This document shows positions 9,415-18,494 of a DNA stretch of 38,535 nucleotides, in pieces; position 1 is the first letter of the stretch, and each line of letters starts with the position of its first letter. Position numbers and translations under genes: made by a program. Source of the DNA: a virus (taxonomy: Duplodnaviria > Heunggongvirae > Uroviricota > Caudoviricetes); the IMG/VR virus record IMGVR_UViG_2874968258_000008. The stretch is one strand, 5' to 3'. Under the pieces are notes generated by a model. That model was not told where the DNA came from, did not search any database, and saw nothing but the letters and a program-made list of their open reading frames with translations.

Positions 9415-9452
9415 AAAAACCGCTAATGGTCAGATTAGCGGTTATTTTGTTT
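9415..9452. terminator. Bidirectional rho-independent terminator between convergent U and invertase genes
   Basis: Hairpin ACCGCTAAT-GGTCAG-ATTAGCGGT flanked by A-run upstream and TATTTTGTTT downstream, so it carries a U-tract on either strand. Confidence 0.5.
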
Positions 9453-10029
9453 CCTGACTCTTCTCTATTGTTCCGATTGATTCTCCTGCGGGGTGGTAAC
9501 GATAAATCGTCGATATACCAATGCCGTAAATTATTGCCAGTTGTTTTCTGTCGTGCCCGTTTTTGATCAGCCTTGCTATTTGCTCATGCTGTTCTTTTGT
9601 CAGCTTCGGTCGACGTCCGCCTGTGCGCCCCCGTGCGCGTGCTGCCGCCAGTCCGGCCAGTGTACGTTCAACAATTAATTCACGTTCCATTTCAGCCAGG
9701 GCACCCATCACGTGGAAGAAAAAACGCCCCATTGGAGAAGATGTATCTATGCTGTCGGTCAGACTGCGAAAATTAATTCCTCGCTCCCGTAGTTCCCCGA
9801 CGAGAGAAATCAGATGTTTCATGCTTCGCCCGAGGCGATCCAGTTTCCAGACAACCAGCGTGTCACCTTTTTGAAGGCGCTTTAAAGCGCGTTTTAATCC
9901 CGGTCGGTCTGTCTTTGTCCCGCTTAATTTATCTTCAAATATTTGTTCACATCCTGCACAAACAAGAGCGTTTCGTTGCAGGTCTGTATTCTGGTCATTT
10001 GTTGATACCCTTACATAGCCAATCAGCAC
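9442..10029 (-). CDS. Serine-recombinase DNA invertase (Gin/Pin/Cin/Hin family)
   Basis: Translation LIGYVRVSTNDQNTDLQRNAL...GDTLVVWKLDRLGRS...GRRPKLT is near-identical to Mu Gin / e14 Pin; GTG start at 10029 with GGGAG RBS preferred over the upstream ATG at 10047 used by the ORF track. Confidence 0.85.
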   Translation of the reverse strand: MLIGYVRVSTNDQNTDLQRNALVCAGCEQIFEDKLSGTKTDRPGLKRALKRLQKGDTLVVWKLDRLGRSMKHLISLVGELRERGINFRSLTDSIDTSSPMGRFFFHVMGALAEMERELIVERTLAGLAAARARGRTGGRRPKLTKEQHEQIARLIKNGHDRKQLAIIYGIGISTIYRYHPAGESIGTIEKSQETK

Positions 10030-10083
10030 GCTGAATCTCCCGTCCAAAAGCGCAAATCATGTCATGCAGGCCGGAAACGGCCA

Positions 10084-10094
10084 TTATCTAAAAC
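10084..10094. repeat. Outer part of the left inversion crossover site (gix-like), separated from the rest by the IS insertion
   Basis: TTATCTAAAAC immediately left of IS copy A; joined to 11362..11376 (minus one copy of the 3-bp duplication) it reconstitutes TTATCTAAAACCTCGGTTTACAGGAA, the inverted partner of the site at 15693..15718. Confidence 0.55.
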
Positions 10095-10158
10095 TGAGGT
10101 AGCCTGAGTTTAACGGACACTCCTTCCTGAAATAGAATGGCATCAGAAGGAGCTAATA

Positions 10159-10461
10159 ATGAGCAGAAAAACCCAACGTTACTCTAAAGAGTTCAAAGCC
10201 GAAGCTGTCAGAACGGTTCTTGAAAATCAACTTTCGATCAGTGAAGGCGCTTCCCGATTATCTCTTCCTGAAGGCACTTTAGGACAATGGGTTACCGCCG
10301 CCAGAAAAGGGCTCGGTACTCCTGGTTCCCGCACGGTGGCTGAACTGGAATCTGAAATTCTGCAACTGCGTAAGGCGTTAAATGAAGCTCGCCTTGAGCG
10401 AGATATATTAAAAAAAGCAACAGCGTATTTTGCACAGGAGTCGCTGAAAAATACGCGTTAA
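10159..10461 (+). CDS. IS3-family transposase OrfA (HTH)
   Basis: 100-aa ORF; slippery A_AAA_AAG at 10418-10425 near its 3' end. Confidence 0.85.
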   Translation: MSRKTQRYSKEFKAEAVRTVLENQLSISEGASRLSLPEGTLGQWVTAARKGLGTPGSRTVAELESEILQLRKALNEARLERDILKKATAYFAQESLKNTR

Positions 10462-10496
10462 TCGAACAATGGCGACAACAATTTCCCATTGAAGCG

Positions 10497-11315
10497 ATGT
10501 GTCAGGTATTTGGTGTATCCAGGAGCGGTTATTACAACTGGGTACAGCATGAACCCTCAGACAGAAAACAAAGTGATGAGCGGCTAAAACTGGAGATTAA
10601 GGTGGCACATATCCGCACTCGCGAAACATATGGAACCCGGCGGCTCCAGACGGAGCTGGCAGAGAATGGCATCATCGTTGGTCGTGACCGACTGGCACGT
10701 CTTCGTAAGGAGCTAAGGCTACGCTGTAAGCAGAAACGCAAGTTCAGAGCGACTACGAACTCGAACCACAATCTGCCAGTTGCGCCAAATCTGCTGAACC
10801 AGACGTTCGCTCCTACAGCACCAAATCAGGTCTGGGTGGCGGACCTGACGTATGTTGCCACACAGGAGGGATGGTTGTACCTCGCTGGCATCAAAGATGT
10901 TTATACGTGCGAAATTGTCGGCTACGCCATGGGAGAGCGCATGACAAAAGAGCTGACAGGTAAAGCCCTGTTTATGGCGCTCAGGAGCCAGCGCCCACCT
11001 GCCGGGCTAATCCACCACTCTGATCGAGGTTCACAGTACTGCGCATACGATTACCGGGTCATACAGGAGCAGTTTGGTCTGAAAACATCAATGTCGCGTA
11101 AAGGTAACTGTTACGACAACGCTCCGATGGAAAGCTTCTGGGGAACGCTGAAAAATGAGAGCCTGAGCCACTATCGTTTTAATAACCGGGATGAAGCCAT
11201 CTCAGTAATACGGGAATACATTGAGATTTTCTACAATCGTCAGCGTCGTCACTCTCGTCTGGGGAATATCTCCCCGGCAGCCTTCAGGGAAAAATATCAT
11301 CAGATGGCTGCTTAA
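10497..11315 (+). CDS. IS3-family transposase OrfB (DDE integrase domain), expressed as OrfAB by -1 frameshift
   Basis: 272-aa ORF in the -1 frame relative to orfA; DDE region HHSDRGSQY...CYDNAPMESFWGTLK. Confidence 0.85.
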   Translation: MCQVFGVSRSGYYNWVQHEPSDRKQSDERLKLEIKVAHIRTRETYGTRRLQTELAENGIIVGRDRLARLRKELRLRCKQKRKFRATTNSNHNLPVAPNLLNQTFAPTAPNQVWVADLTYVATQEGWLYLAGIKDVYTCEIVGYAMGERMTKELTGKALFMALRSQRPPAGLIHHSDRGSQYCAYDYRVIQEQFGLKTSMSRKGNCYDNAPMESFWGTLKNESLSHYRFNNRDEAISVIREYIEIFYNRQRRHSRLGNISPAAFREKYHQMAA

Positions 11316-11358
11316 AAAAAGAACAAATGGTAGTGTCCGCTATTGCCAGTACACCTCA

Positions 11359-11376
11359 AACCTCGGTTTACAGGAA
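11359..11376. repeat. Inner part of the left inversion crossover site (gix-like) including the AAC target duplication
   Basis: AACCTCGGTTTACAGGAA directly right of IS copy A; CCTCGGTTTACAGGAA is the exact inverted copy of TTCCTGTAAACCGAGG in the H gene. Confidence 0.6.
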
Positions 11377-12387
11377 ACGGTAAACAAGGCTGGTAACGCC
11401 GTGCAAAAAAATGGCGATACGTTGTCCGGTGGACTTACTTTTGAAAACGACTCAATCCTTGCCTGGATTCGAAATACTGACTGGGCAAAGATTGGGTTTA
11501 AAAATAATTCGGATGCAGACACCGATTCCTACATGTGGTTTGAAACAGGCAACAACGGCAATGAATATTTCAAATGGAGACACCGCATCATTGGCACCCG
11601 GCCTAAAGACCTGATGAATCTTAAATGGAATGCTTTGTCTGTTCTTGTTGAAGCCCTTTTCAGCAGTGAAGTGAAAATATCGACAGTCAATGCACTGAGG
11701 ATATTTAATTCATCTTTTGGTGCCATTTTTCGTCGTTCTGAAGAATGCCTGCATATCATCCCTACACGAGAGAATGAAGGGGAAAATGGTAATATAGGGC
11801 CACTACGCCCCTTTACGCTTAATCTCAGAACTGGCCGGATAAGCATGGGGCATGGTCTTGATGTTACAGGGGATATATTTGCAAACCGTTTTGCAATTAA
11901 CAGTAGTACCGGCATGTGGATTCATATGCGTGACCAGAATGTTATTTTGGGACGTAATGCGGTATCCACTGATGGTGCTCAGGCTTTGCTCCGTCAGGAC
12001 CATGCCGACCGCAAATTTATGATTGGCGGTCTGGGAAATAAGCAATTTGGCATCTACATGATTAATAACTCAAGGACAGCCAATGGCACCGATGGTCAGG
12101 CGTACATGGATAATAACGGGAACTGGCTTTGCGGCTCGCAAGTTATTCCCGGCAACTATGGCAATTTTGATTCCAGATATGTGAAAGATGTTCGACTTGG
12201 TTCACAGCAATATTATGGAGTGAACAACTGGCAAACATGGAATTTTCAGTGCCCGTCAGGCTATGTACTGACGGGGATTAACGTACAGGATACCGGAAAA
12301 AACTCTGCCGATAATATTGCAGGCGTTCATTACAGGCCAGTGCAAAAGTATATAAATGGCACTTGGTATAATGTGGCGAGTATTTAA
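11359..12387 (+). CDS. Alternative tail-fibre C-terminal cassette (Hv'), silent in this orientation
   Basis: Open frame begins at the crossover site with LGLQETVN, the same junction peptide found in H, and ends ...[11 protein letters not shown] like the H C-terminus (...[11 protein letters not shown]); no start codon of its own; the ORF-track start at 11221 lies inside the IS. Confidence 0.7.
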   Translation, partial: NLGLQETVNKAGNAVQKNGDTLSGGLTFENDSILAWIRNTDWAKIGFKNNSDADTDSYMWFETGNNGNEYFKWRHRIIGTRPKDLMNLKWNALSVLVEALFSSEVKISTVNALRIFNSSFGAIFRRSEECLHIIPTRENEGENGNIGPLRPFTLNLRTGRISMGHGLDVTGDIFANRFAINSSTGMWIHMRDQNVILGRNAVSTDGAQALLRQDHADRKFMIGGLGNKQFGIYMINNSRTANGTDGQAYMDNNGNWLCGSQVIPGNYGNFDSRYVKDVRLGSQQYYGVNNWQTWNFQCPSGYVLTGINVQDTGKNSADNIAGVHYRPVQKYINGTWYNVASI

Positions 12388-12388
12388 T

Positions 12389-12916
12389 ATGATGCACTTA
12401 AAGAACATAAAAGCAGGTAATGCTAAAACAGTGGAGCAGTATGAGTTAACAAAGAAGCACGGAGTCATCTGGCTTTACTCTGAGGACGGAAAAAACTGGT
12501 ATGAGGAAGTGAAGAACTTTCAGCCAGACACAATAAAGATTGTTTACGATGCAAATAATATTATTGTCGCCATCACCAAAGATGCCTCCACGCTTAACCC
12601 TGAAGGTTATAGCGTCGTTGAGGTTCCTGATATTACAGCTAATCGTCGTGCTGATGATTCCGGTAAGTGGATGTTTAAGGACGGAGCTGTGGTTAAACGG
12701 ATTTATACGGCTGACGAACAGCAACAACAGGCCGAATCACAAAAGGCCGCATTGCTTTCCGAAGCTGAATCAGTCATCCAGCCGCTGGAACGCGCTGTCA
12801 GGCTGAATATGGCGACGGACGAGGAACGCACACGACTGGAAGCATGGGAACGCTACAGTGTTCTGGTCAGCCGTGTGGATACGGCAAAGCCAGAATGGCC
12901 ACAAAAGCCTGAGTAA
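12389..12916 (+). CDS. Tail fibre assembly chaperone G' (partner of Hv')
   Basis: 175-aa frame from [11 protein letters not shown]; paralog of the G gene at 14332..14745; conserved C-terminus ...[15 protein letters not shown]. Confidence 0.8.
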   Translation: MMHLKNIKAGNAKTVEQYELTKKHGVIWLYSEDGKNWYEEVKNFQPDTIKIVYDANNIIVAITKDASTLNPEGYSVVEVPDITANRRADDSGKWMFKDGAVVKRIYTADEQQQQAESQKAALLSEAESVIQPLERAVRLNMATDEERTRLEAWERYSVLVSRVDTAKPEWPQKPE

Positions 12917-12921
12917 AAATT

Positions 12922-12941
12922 AAGGCCCGATATCGGGCCTT
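12922..12941. terminator. Palindromic hairpin between convergent G' and G 3' ends
   Basis: Perfect palindrome AAGGCCCGATATCGGGCCTT flanked by A/T runs. Confidence 0.45.
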
Positions 12942-12944
12942 GTT

Positions 12945-13075
12945 TCATTCTGGTTGTTCGGGAAACGTTACTGGCAGGCTGGAGGTGTCTGTGGATTCGA
13001 CCTTCTGCGCATAGAGCATCCACTCGGTTAATTTTTGTTTATTCTCGTCGGAAATAATGCCCAGCCGTAGCTGTG
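12945..13075 (-). pseudogene. G: 3' fragment of tail fibre assembly gene G, cut off by IS copy B
   Basis: Minus-strand frame continuous with G across the IS (after removing IS plus one GTG duplication) translates QLRLGIISDENKQKLTEWMLYAQKVESTDTSSLPVTFPEQPE then TGA at 12947-12945, a typical Tfa C-terminus. Confidence 0.6.
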
Positions 13076-13118
13076 TGAGGTGTACTGGCAATAGCGGACA
13101 CTACCATTTGTTCTTTTT

Positions 13119-13937
13119 TTAAGCAGCCATCTGATGATATTTTTCCCTGAAGGCTGCCGGGGAGATATTCCCCAGACGAGAGTGACGACGCTGACGATTG
13201 TAGAAAATCTCAATGTATTCCCGTATTACTGAGATGGCTTCATCCCGGTTATTAAAACGATAGTGGCTCAGGCTCTCATTTTTCAGCGTTCCCCAGAAGC
13301 TTTCCATCGGAGCGTTGTCGTAACAGTTACCTTTACGCGACATTGATGTTTTCAGACCAAACTGCTCCTGTATGACCCGGTAATCGTATGCGCAGTACTG
13401 TGAACCTCGATCAGAGTGGTGGATTAGCCCGGCAGGTGGGCGCTGGCTCCTGAGCGCCATAAACAGGGCTTTACCTGTCAGCTCTTTTGTCATGCGCTCT
13501 CCCATGGCGTAGCCGACAATTTCGCACGTATAAACATCTTTGATGCCAGCGAGGTACAACCATCCCTCCTGTGTGGCAACATACGTCAGGTCCGCCACCC
13601 AGACCTGATTTGGTGCTGTAGGAGCGAACGTCTGGTTCAGCAGATTTGGCGCAACTGGCAGATTGTGGTTCGAGTTCGTAGTCGCTCTGAACTTGCGTTT
13701 CTGCTTACAGCGTAGCCTTAGCTCCTTACGAAGACGTGCCAGTCGGTCACGACCAACGATGATGCCATTCTCTGCCAGCTCCGTCTGGAGCCGCCGGGTT
13801 CCATATGTTTCGCGAGTGCGGATATGTGCCACCTTAATCTCCAGTTTTAGCCGCTCATCACTTTGTTTTCTGTCTGAGGGTTCATGCTGTACCCAGTTGT
13901 AATAACCGCTCCTGGATACACCAAATACCTGACACAT
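13119..13937 (-). CDS. IS3-family transposase OrfB (copy B)
   Basis: 272-aa ORF identical in translation to 10497..11315. Confidence 0.85.
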   Translation of the reverse strand: MCQVFGVSRSGYYNWVQHEPSDRKQSDERLKLEIKVAHIRTRETYGTRRLQTELAENGIIVGRDRLARLRKELRLRCKQKRKFRATTNSNHNLPVAPNLLNQTFAPTAPNQVWVADLTYVATQEGWLYLAGIKDVYTCEIVGYAMGERMTKELTGKALFMALRSQRPPAGLIHHSDRGSQYCAYDYRVIQEQFGLKTSMSRKGNCYDNAPMESFWGTLKNESLSHYRFNNRDEAISVIREYIEIFYNRQRRHSRLGNISPAAFREKYHQMAA

Positions 13938-13972
13938 CGCTTCAATGGGAAATTGTTGTCGCCATTGTTCGA

Positions 13973-14275
13973 TTAACGCGTATTTTTCAGCGACTCCTGT
14001 GCAAAATACGCTGTTGCTTTTTTTAATATATCTCGCTCAAGGCGAGCTTCATTTAACGCCTTACGCAGTTGCAGAATTTCAGATTCCAGTTCAGCCACCG
14101 TGCGGGAACCAGGAGTACCGAGCCCTTTTCTGGCGGCGGTAACCCATTGTCCTAAAGTGCCTTCAGGAAGAGATAATCGGGAAGCGCCTTCACTGATCGA
14201 AAGTTGATTTTCAAGAACCGTTCTGACAGCTTCGGCTTTGAACTCTTTAGAGTAACGTTGGGTTTTTCTGCTCAT
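13973..14275 (-). CDS. IS3-family transposase OrfA (copy B)
   Basis: 100-aa ORF identical in translation to 10159..10461. Confidence 0.85.
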   Translation of the reverse strand: MSRKTQRYSKEFKAEAVRTVLENQLSISEGASRLSLPEGTLGQWVTAARKGLGTPGSRTVAELESEILQLRKALNEARLERDILKKATAYFAQESLKNTR

Positions 14276-14331
14276 TATTAGCTCCTTCTGATGCCATTCT
14301 ATTTCAGGAAGGAGTGTCCGTTAAACTCAGG

Positions 14332-14745
14332 CTACCTCAGTGAGTCCCATAGCTGGGTTTTATCCCTGACGAGCTGTAGCAGGCTTTGCTTTTCATTTTC
14401 CGCTTGTTGCCTCTGCTCTTCCCCGGTATAAGTTCGCTTTATCACTACGCCATCTTTGAACATCCATTTACCTGAAATATCAGCCCGGCGATTTGCTGTA
14501 ATATCAGGAACCTCAACGACGCTTGCGCCTTCCGGATTAATTGCTGAAACATCCTTTTCAATACAAATAATAACGCCGTTGTGGTCATAGACCATTTTCA
14601 ACGTATCAGGCTGAAAGTTCTTTTGTTCCTCATACCAGTTTTTCCCATCCTCTGTATAAAGCCATTTGATGTTAAATTGTTTCGTTAGCTGGTATTGCTC
14701 TTTTGTTTCAGGATTACCAGCAGAAATGTTTTTTAAGTGCATCAT
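14332..14745 (-). pseudogene. G: Tail fibre assembly gene G, 5' portion, truncated by IS copy B
   Basis: 137-aa ORF whose last two codons and stop lie in the IS terminus; about 40 aa shorter than paralog G' and missing the conserved C-terminus found at 12945..13075. Confidence 0.7.
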
Positions 14746-14747
14746 CG

Positions 14748-16718
14748 TTAAATACTCCCCGCGTTATACCACGTCCCATTAATGCAATACTGAATTGGCC
14801 TTGCCTGAGTTGTATCAATTAGTTCATCTCTGTTTGAGTTAACGGAACCGGTAACAACATAACCTGACCTGTCAGACCATCCGGGACCATTCCATGTCTG
14901 AACAGATAACAGACCACCAAGGCGAATACCTGTAATAAACCTTGAGTTACATTCTGCCTGCGTATATGCACCAACATCTCCCGCAGAGGGTTTGCGGGTT
15001 GTGGTGTAAAACTCTGACCAGTCAGCTTCAAAGCCATAACCATCACGCGCTGAACGATAAAAAATACCGCCGTTCCTGTAATTCACGCGGAACTGTACAG
15101 CAGGGCAGCTCCCCGTATTCATATTGAAGTGGAGGATTAATGTCGATGCGCCACCAATGTTTGCGTTATAGACCCCGCTATTCCAGTTCCAGCCAACAGC
15201 TTTATCATTTCCGACAGTGCTTCCTGTTTGCCCTAAAGCAAATGCAGGTTGTTGATTTTTCGTGTTGTAGTCTCGTCGCCAGCCAGGAGCGTAAGCATCA
15301 CCATGATTAATATAAGTGAATTGAGCGTTAGTAATTCCGCCACCGCTGGACGTGCTCGGCGTGGTAACGCGTATGGTCATTGCGCCGCGAGTGCCAATAA
15401 CTTCCACCACAGCACCTGCAAGACAAATATTTCCGCAACCTGTATCTGTAATGACCTTATTATTTGCATAAGCCCATGAGCCTTTGCACATCCAGTAAGG
15501 ATGGTTAAATGCTCCCTGACTCTCCAGCCACGAAATAAATTGCGCGGTTGTCCAGACCTGACTATCGCCACCAATATTCAGCCATGAGCTATATGCGCGG
15601 CAGGCACCAATATTTTTGGTGAAGGTATCTTTCCCCGGAATATCTGCGCCGTTCTGGTTTTTCTGTAATGCGCCAGAAGCCTGATTTACCGTTTCCTGTA
15701 AACCGAGGTATTCGATAACGGCGGCAACGGTCGATTTCGCAAGAATATCCCGCCCGACTTTTGTCAGGGTTGCCAGGCTGGCGACATCATTCCCCGTAAA
15801 ATACGGAAACCTGTCTGCCGCAGTAGCAAGCCCCGCCAGCGCCGTCAGAGTGGCATCTTTCGGTTGCTTACCCGCAAGCGCGTTAGTCATGGTGGTCGCA
15901 AAATTCGGGTCGTTGCCCAGCGCCGCCGCCAGCTCGTTCAGTGTGTTCAGTGCATCAGGCGAAGAGTCTACAAGTGCGGCAATCGCAGCCATAACGAAAG
16001 CCGTGCTTGCGATTTGGGTATTATTCGTTCCCTGTCGCGCAGTTGGTGTTGTTGGCGTTCCGGTCAGTGCCGGGCTGTTTAATGGGGCTTTCTTGTTCGT
16101 TTCATCCATTACTGCCTTAACGGCTTTTGGTGTCGCTGCCAGCGTTTCAGACGTGCTGTTGGTGGCGTTGCTGAGCTGGACAAGGCCTTTTGCGGTCAGC
16201 GAGGCGTCCGGGTGACGTCGTGACTGTTCATGCTCTTTCAGTTTGTCATCCACGTAATTCACTGTGGCCATCACCATGGTGTTATCCACGGTAAGCGCCA
16301 CAGTGGCAGTGCTGGATACGGTCAGAATGGTGCGAAATGTTTGTGCACGTCCGGATCCTTCGGCAACGGTTGGCTTGTAACTTTCGGCAGTATTGCCTAC
16401 CGCGATCAAATCGCCGTGCTCATCAAACACACCAATTTCCCGGATCCAGAATCCGCCCGTTTCAGGAGGAATAACCAGCTCCGCAATAATGTGGTTCTGA
16501 TGTGTTGCGTCCAGGGTGACGCGATTAACGGTATGTCGCCACACCTCATGCACAAGACGGGTCTGCTTACTGTCTGGCGTGGGTAAAGTACCGCCGCCGT
16601 CACCCACGGCCATATGTGTCAGGCGGACAGGTTTCCCATCTGGCGCGGTTGCCTGCGCTAATTTTTTTGCACCCGTATCGGTGATAATGGTTTTAAATTT
16701 TCGTGTTGTGGTACTCAT
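14748..16718 (-). CDS. H: Tail fibre protein gpH (constant N-terminal part fused to currently expressed variable part Hv)
   Basis: 656-aa ORF; N-terminus [23 protein letters not shown] typical of P2 H; crossover site lies inside the gene at codons around 337-345. Confidence 0.9.
   Translation of the reverse strand: MSTTTRKFKTIITDTGAKKLAQATAPDGKPVRLTHMAVGDGGGTLPTPDSKQTRLVHEVWRHTVNRVTLDATHQNHIIAELVIPPETGGFWIREIGVFDEHGDLIAVGNTAESYKPTVAEGSGRAQTFRTILTVSSTATVALTVDNTMVMATVNYVDDKLKEHEQSRRHPDASLTAKGLVQLSNATNSTSETLAATPKAVKAVMDETNKKAPLNSPALTGTPTTPTARQGTNNTQIASTAFVMAAIAALVDSSPDALNTLNELAAALGNDPNFATTMTNALAGKQPKDATLTALAGLATAADRFPYFTGNDVASLATLTKVGRDILAKSTVAAVIEYLGLQETVNQASGALQKNQNGADIPGKDTFTKNIGACRAYSSWLNIGGDSQVWTTAQFISWLESQGAFNHPYWMCKGSWAYANNKVITDTGCGNICLAGAVVEVIGTRGAMTIRVTTPSTSSGGGITNAQFTYINHGDAYAPGWRRDYNTKNQQPAFALGQTGSTVGNDKAVGWNWNSGVYNANIGGASTLILHFNMNTGSCPAVQFRVNYRNGGIFYRSARDGYGFEADWSEFYTTTRKPSAGDVGAYTQAECNSRFITGIRLGGLLSVQTWNGPGWSDRSGYVVTGSVNSNRDELIDTTQARPIQYCINGTWYNAGSI
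15693..15718. repeat. Right inversion crossover site (gix/cix-like) inside gene H
   Basis: TTCCTGTAAACCGAGGTATTCGATAA; first 17 nt identical to my recollection of the Mu gix site (TTCCTGTAAACCGAGGTTTTGGATAA), 22 of 26 overall; inverted copy at the start of Hv'. Confidence 0.7.
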
Positions 16719-16720
16719 GC

Positions 16721-17284
16721 TTAATCGTCCGGATAAATGGTAATGACTTCACCGTCGTAAGTTGCTGCTGCCGCGAAAATATCTCCCTGAATCTCCTGAA
16801 TGATATTCAGCCCTGTCATGTGGCGGCTGACCGGGCGGGCATCAGCAATCAACCGCTCCATTTCCAGATACATTTCCTCCGTCACGCCACTGTCCAGCGT
16901 GCCAACATCAATCTTGAATGTTCCGGGTTCGCCGTTGAACTCCCACCACTCAGACACGCGAATGAGGTATCCCAGCGGCTCAATGGCCCGTCGCAGGGCG
17001 CTGATGGTTCCTTTGTGTCGGTGTATCAGCCATGCATCACGAATCACCTGTCGCTTTGTCTCTTCCGGCCAGTTGCGATCCCAGCGGTCAACGGAAAACG
17101 CCCAGGCGAGATAAGGCAGCAGATGCACCGGGCAGGTGTCCGGCGACCACAGCGTGTTGAGGTCTGCCGGAATGTCTGTAATGCGTGTTCCGACGGCTTC
17201 GGCACAACGCATGAAATTGCTGGCTGATGGTGGTAACAGTGAATTACTCATTACGCCCACCTTCGCTGATGGTGAATGACTCAC
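16721..17284 (-). CDS. I: Baseplate assembly protein gpI
   Basis: 187-aa ORF between J and H, P2 order; start may be the internal ATG at 17251. Confidence 0.8.
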   Translation of the reverse strand: MSHSPSAKVGVMSNSLLPPSASNFMRCAEAVGTRITDIPADLNTLWSPDTCPVHLLPYLAWAFSVDRWDRNWPEETKRQVIRDAWLIHRHKGTISALRRAIEPLGYLIRVSEWWEFNGEPGTFKIDVGTLDSGVTEEMYLEMERLIADARPVSRHMTGLNIIQEIQGDIFAAAATYDGEVITIYPDD

Positions 17285-18140
17285 AGCGCGCCGCCTGTAT
17301 GTCGCTGATGGCCATATTCTGTGTGGGTTCGATTATCTCCACGCGTTGCACACCGTGCACATGCAGTGCGGCAGCAATGGCGGACAACGCCACGTCCTGA
17401 CCGATAAGCCCCTGCTCAGCCAGCCACTTCCTGAACGACGATTCAGCCGCAGCCAGAATAGGTTCGGATTCCGGACCGGGGTAAAAGTACAGTTTTGCAT
17501 TCAGCCGCCATGTCACGATTCTGGCACTCTGTACGGTCAGGCGGTCGGCCACCGGGCGGGTATCCTCTGCATTCAGAACGGCGCGAACGGTATTAAGCAA
17601 CGCCTCCGTTGCTGTGCCGTCGCCCTCAGTGGACAGGATGGAAACCGTCACATTTGCCGGAGACGGACTGATGGCCCGCGCATCGCGCACCAGACCGCTG
17701 GTGCTGCGGGCAAAATACTCGTATGCGCCTGACGGGCCTGCAACACTCAGGCCGTCATACGCCCGCTGCGCCCGCAGTCTCAGCGAGGTGTCGTTCTCCA
17801 TCACCACGTCGGTGGTATCCGTTGCCGGAGTGATAACCAGGCGCTTTGTGTTCATATTGCCCGCGAGGTTGTCCAGGTCTGTTCCGGCGCTGTGGCTCAA
17901 CATGCAGGCGCGTGCGGCCTCATTGACCCGCTGGCGTAACAGCATTTCACGAAACGACATGGTTTGAGCGATAACGTTCAGGGGTTCCGATTCCAGTTCC
18001 AGTGCGGCGGAGACGACTTCACGCTGTTCGGCGGGATAAGCTGCAATCATCATGGCCTTTGTGTCAGCCAGAATTGCCTCAAAGTCAGGCTCCGCGATGA
18101 TGGCGGGTTCCGGTAACTGGGAAAGGTCAACGGCAGGCAT
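17244..18140 (-). CDS. J: Baseplate assembly protein gpJ
   Basis: 298-aa ORF, position and size as P2 J. Confidence 0.85.
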   Translation of the reverse strand: MPAVDLSQLPEPAIIAEPDFEAILADTKAMMIAAYPAEQREVVSAALELESEPLNVIAQTMSFREMLLRQRVNEAARACMLSHSAGTDLDNLAGNMNTKRLVITPATDTTDVVMENDTSLRLRAQRAYDGLSVAGPSGAYEYFARSTSGLVRDARAISPSPANVTVSILSTEGDGTATEALLNTVRAVLNAEDTRPVADRLTVQSARIVTWRLNAKLYFYPGPESEPILAAAESSFRKWLAEQGLIGQDVALSAIAAALHVHGVQRVEIIEPTQNMAISDIQAARCESFTISEGGRNE

Positions 18141-18143
18141 GAT

Positions 18144-18494
18144 TTACTCCCTCAGCGTGATGGTTAATTCAACATTCTGCATGGTCTGCATGACAGTGCC
18201 CGACAGCGTCACCCCGGCGTGGCCTCCTGCCTTCCAGACAACGTCGATGGCGTTCAGGGCAATGCGTGGTTCCCATCGTGTCAGTGCAATCACGGTAGCA
18301 CTCATGCATTGCAGACGCGTGGTGTTATTCATGGGTTCGTCAATCAAATCAGGCACAAGGCTGCCATATTCCCGTCGCATAACCCGGCTTGCCAGCGGGG
18401 TGGTCAGGATGTCCCTGACTGACTGTTTCAGGTGCGCCATATCGTTCAGGTTTCCCGTCCCGTCCGGGTTCATTCCTGTGTAGCGGGTTGTCAC
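18144..18494 (-). CDS. W: Baseplate wedge protein gpW (gp25-like)
   Basis: 116-aa ORF between V and J. Confidence 0.85.
   Translation of the reverse strand: MTTRYTGMNPDGTGNLNDMAHLKQSVRDILTTPLASRVMRREYGSLVPDLIDEPMNNTTRLQCMSATVIALTRWEPRIALNAIDVVWKAGGHAGVTLSGTVMQTMQNVELTITLRE

Larger units (their letters stand above)
10095..11358 (+). mobile_element. IS3-family insertion sequence, IS600-like, 1264 bp, copy A
   Basis: Imperfect terminal inverted repeats TGAGGTAGCC...CGGACAC / GTGTCCGC...TACACCTCA; orfA+orfB with A_AAA_AAG frameshift site; flanked by 3-bp direct repeat AAC (10092-10094 and 11359-11361); second identical copy at 13076..14339. Confidence 0.85.
13076..14339 (-). mobile_element. IS3-family insertion sequence, IS600-like, 1264 bp, copy B (inverted relative to copy A)
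   Basis: Same ends and identical OrfA/OrfB protein sequences as copy A; flanked by 3-bp direct repeat GTG (13073-13075 and 14340-14342). Confidence 0.85.

Noticed and set aside
10030-10047. Upstream ATG start for the invertase (MDGRFSV...)
   Set aside because: No RBS; a GTG at 10029 with a GGGAG RBS gives the canonical MLIGYVRV N-terminus of Gin/Pin invertases.
11221-11358. N-terminal 45 codons of the 388-aa ORF 11221..12387
   Set aside because: This part lies inside the IS right end (the same peptide appears in ORF 13028..13213 of the other copy); the long ORF is an accidental in-frame read-through from the IS into the silent Hv' cassette, not a native gene start.
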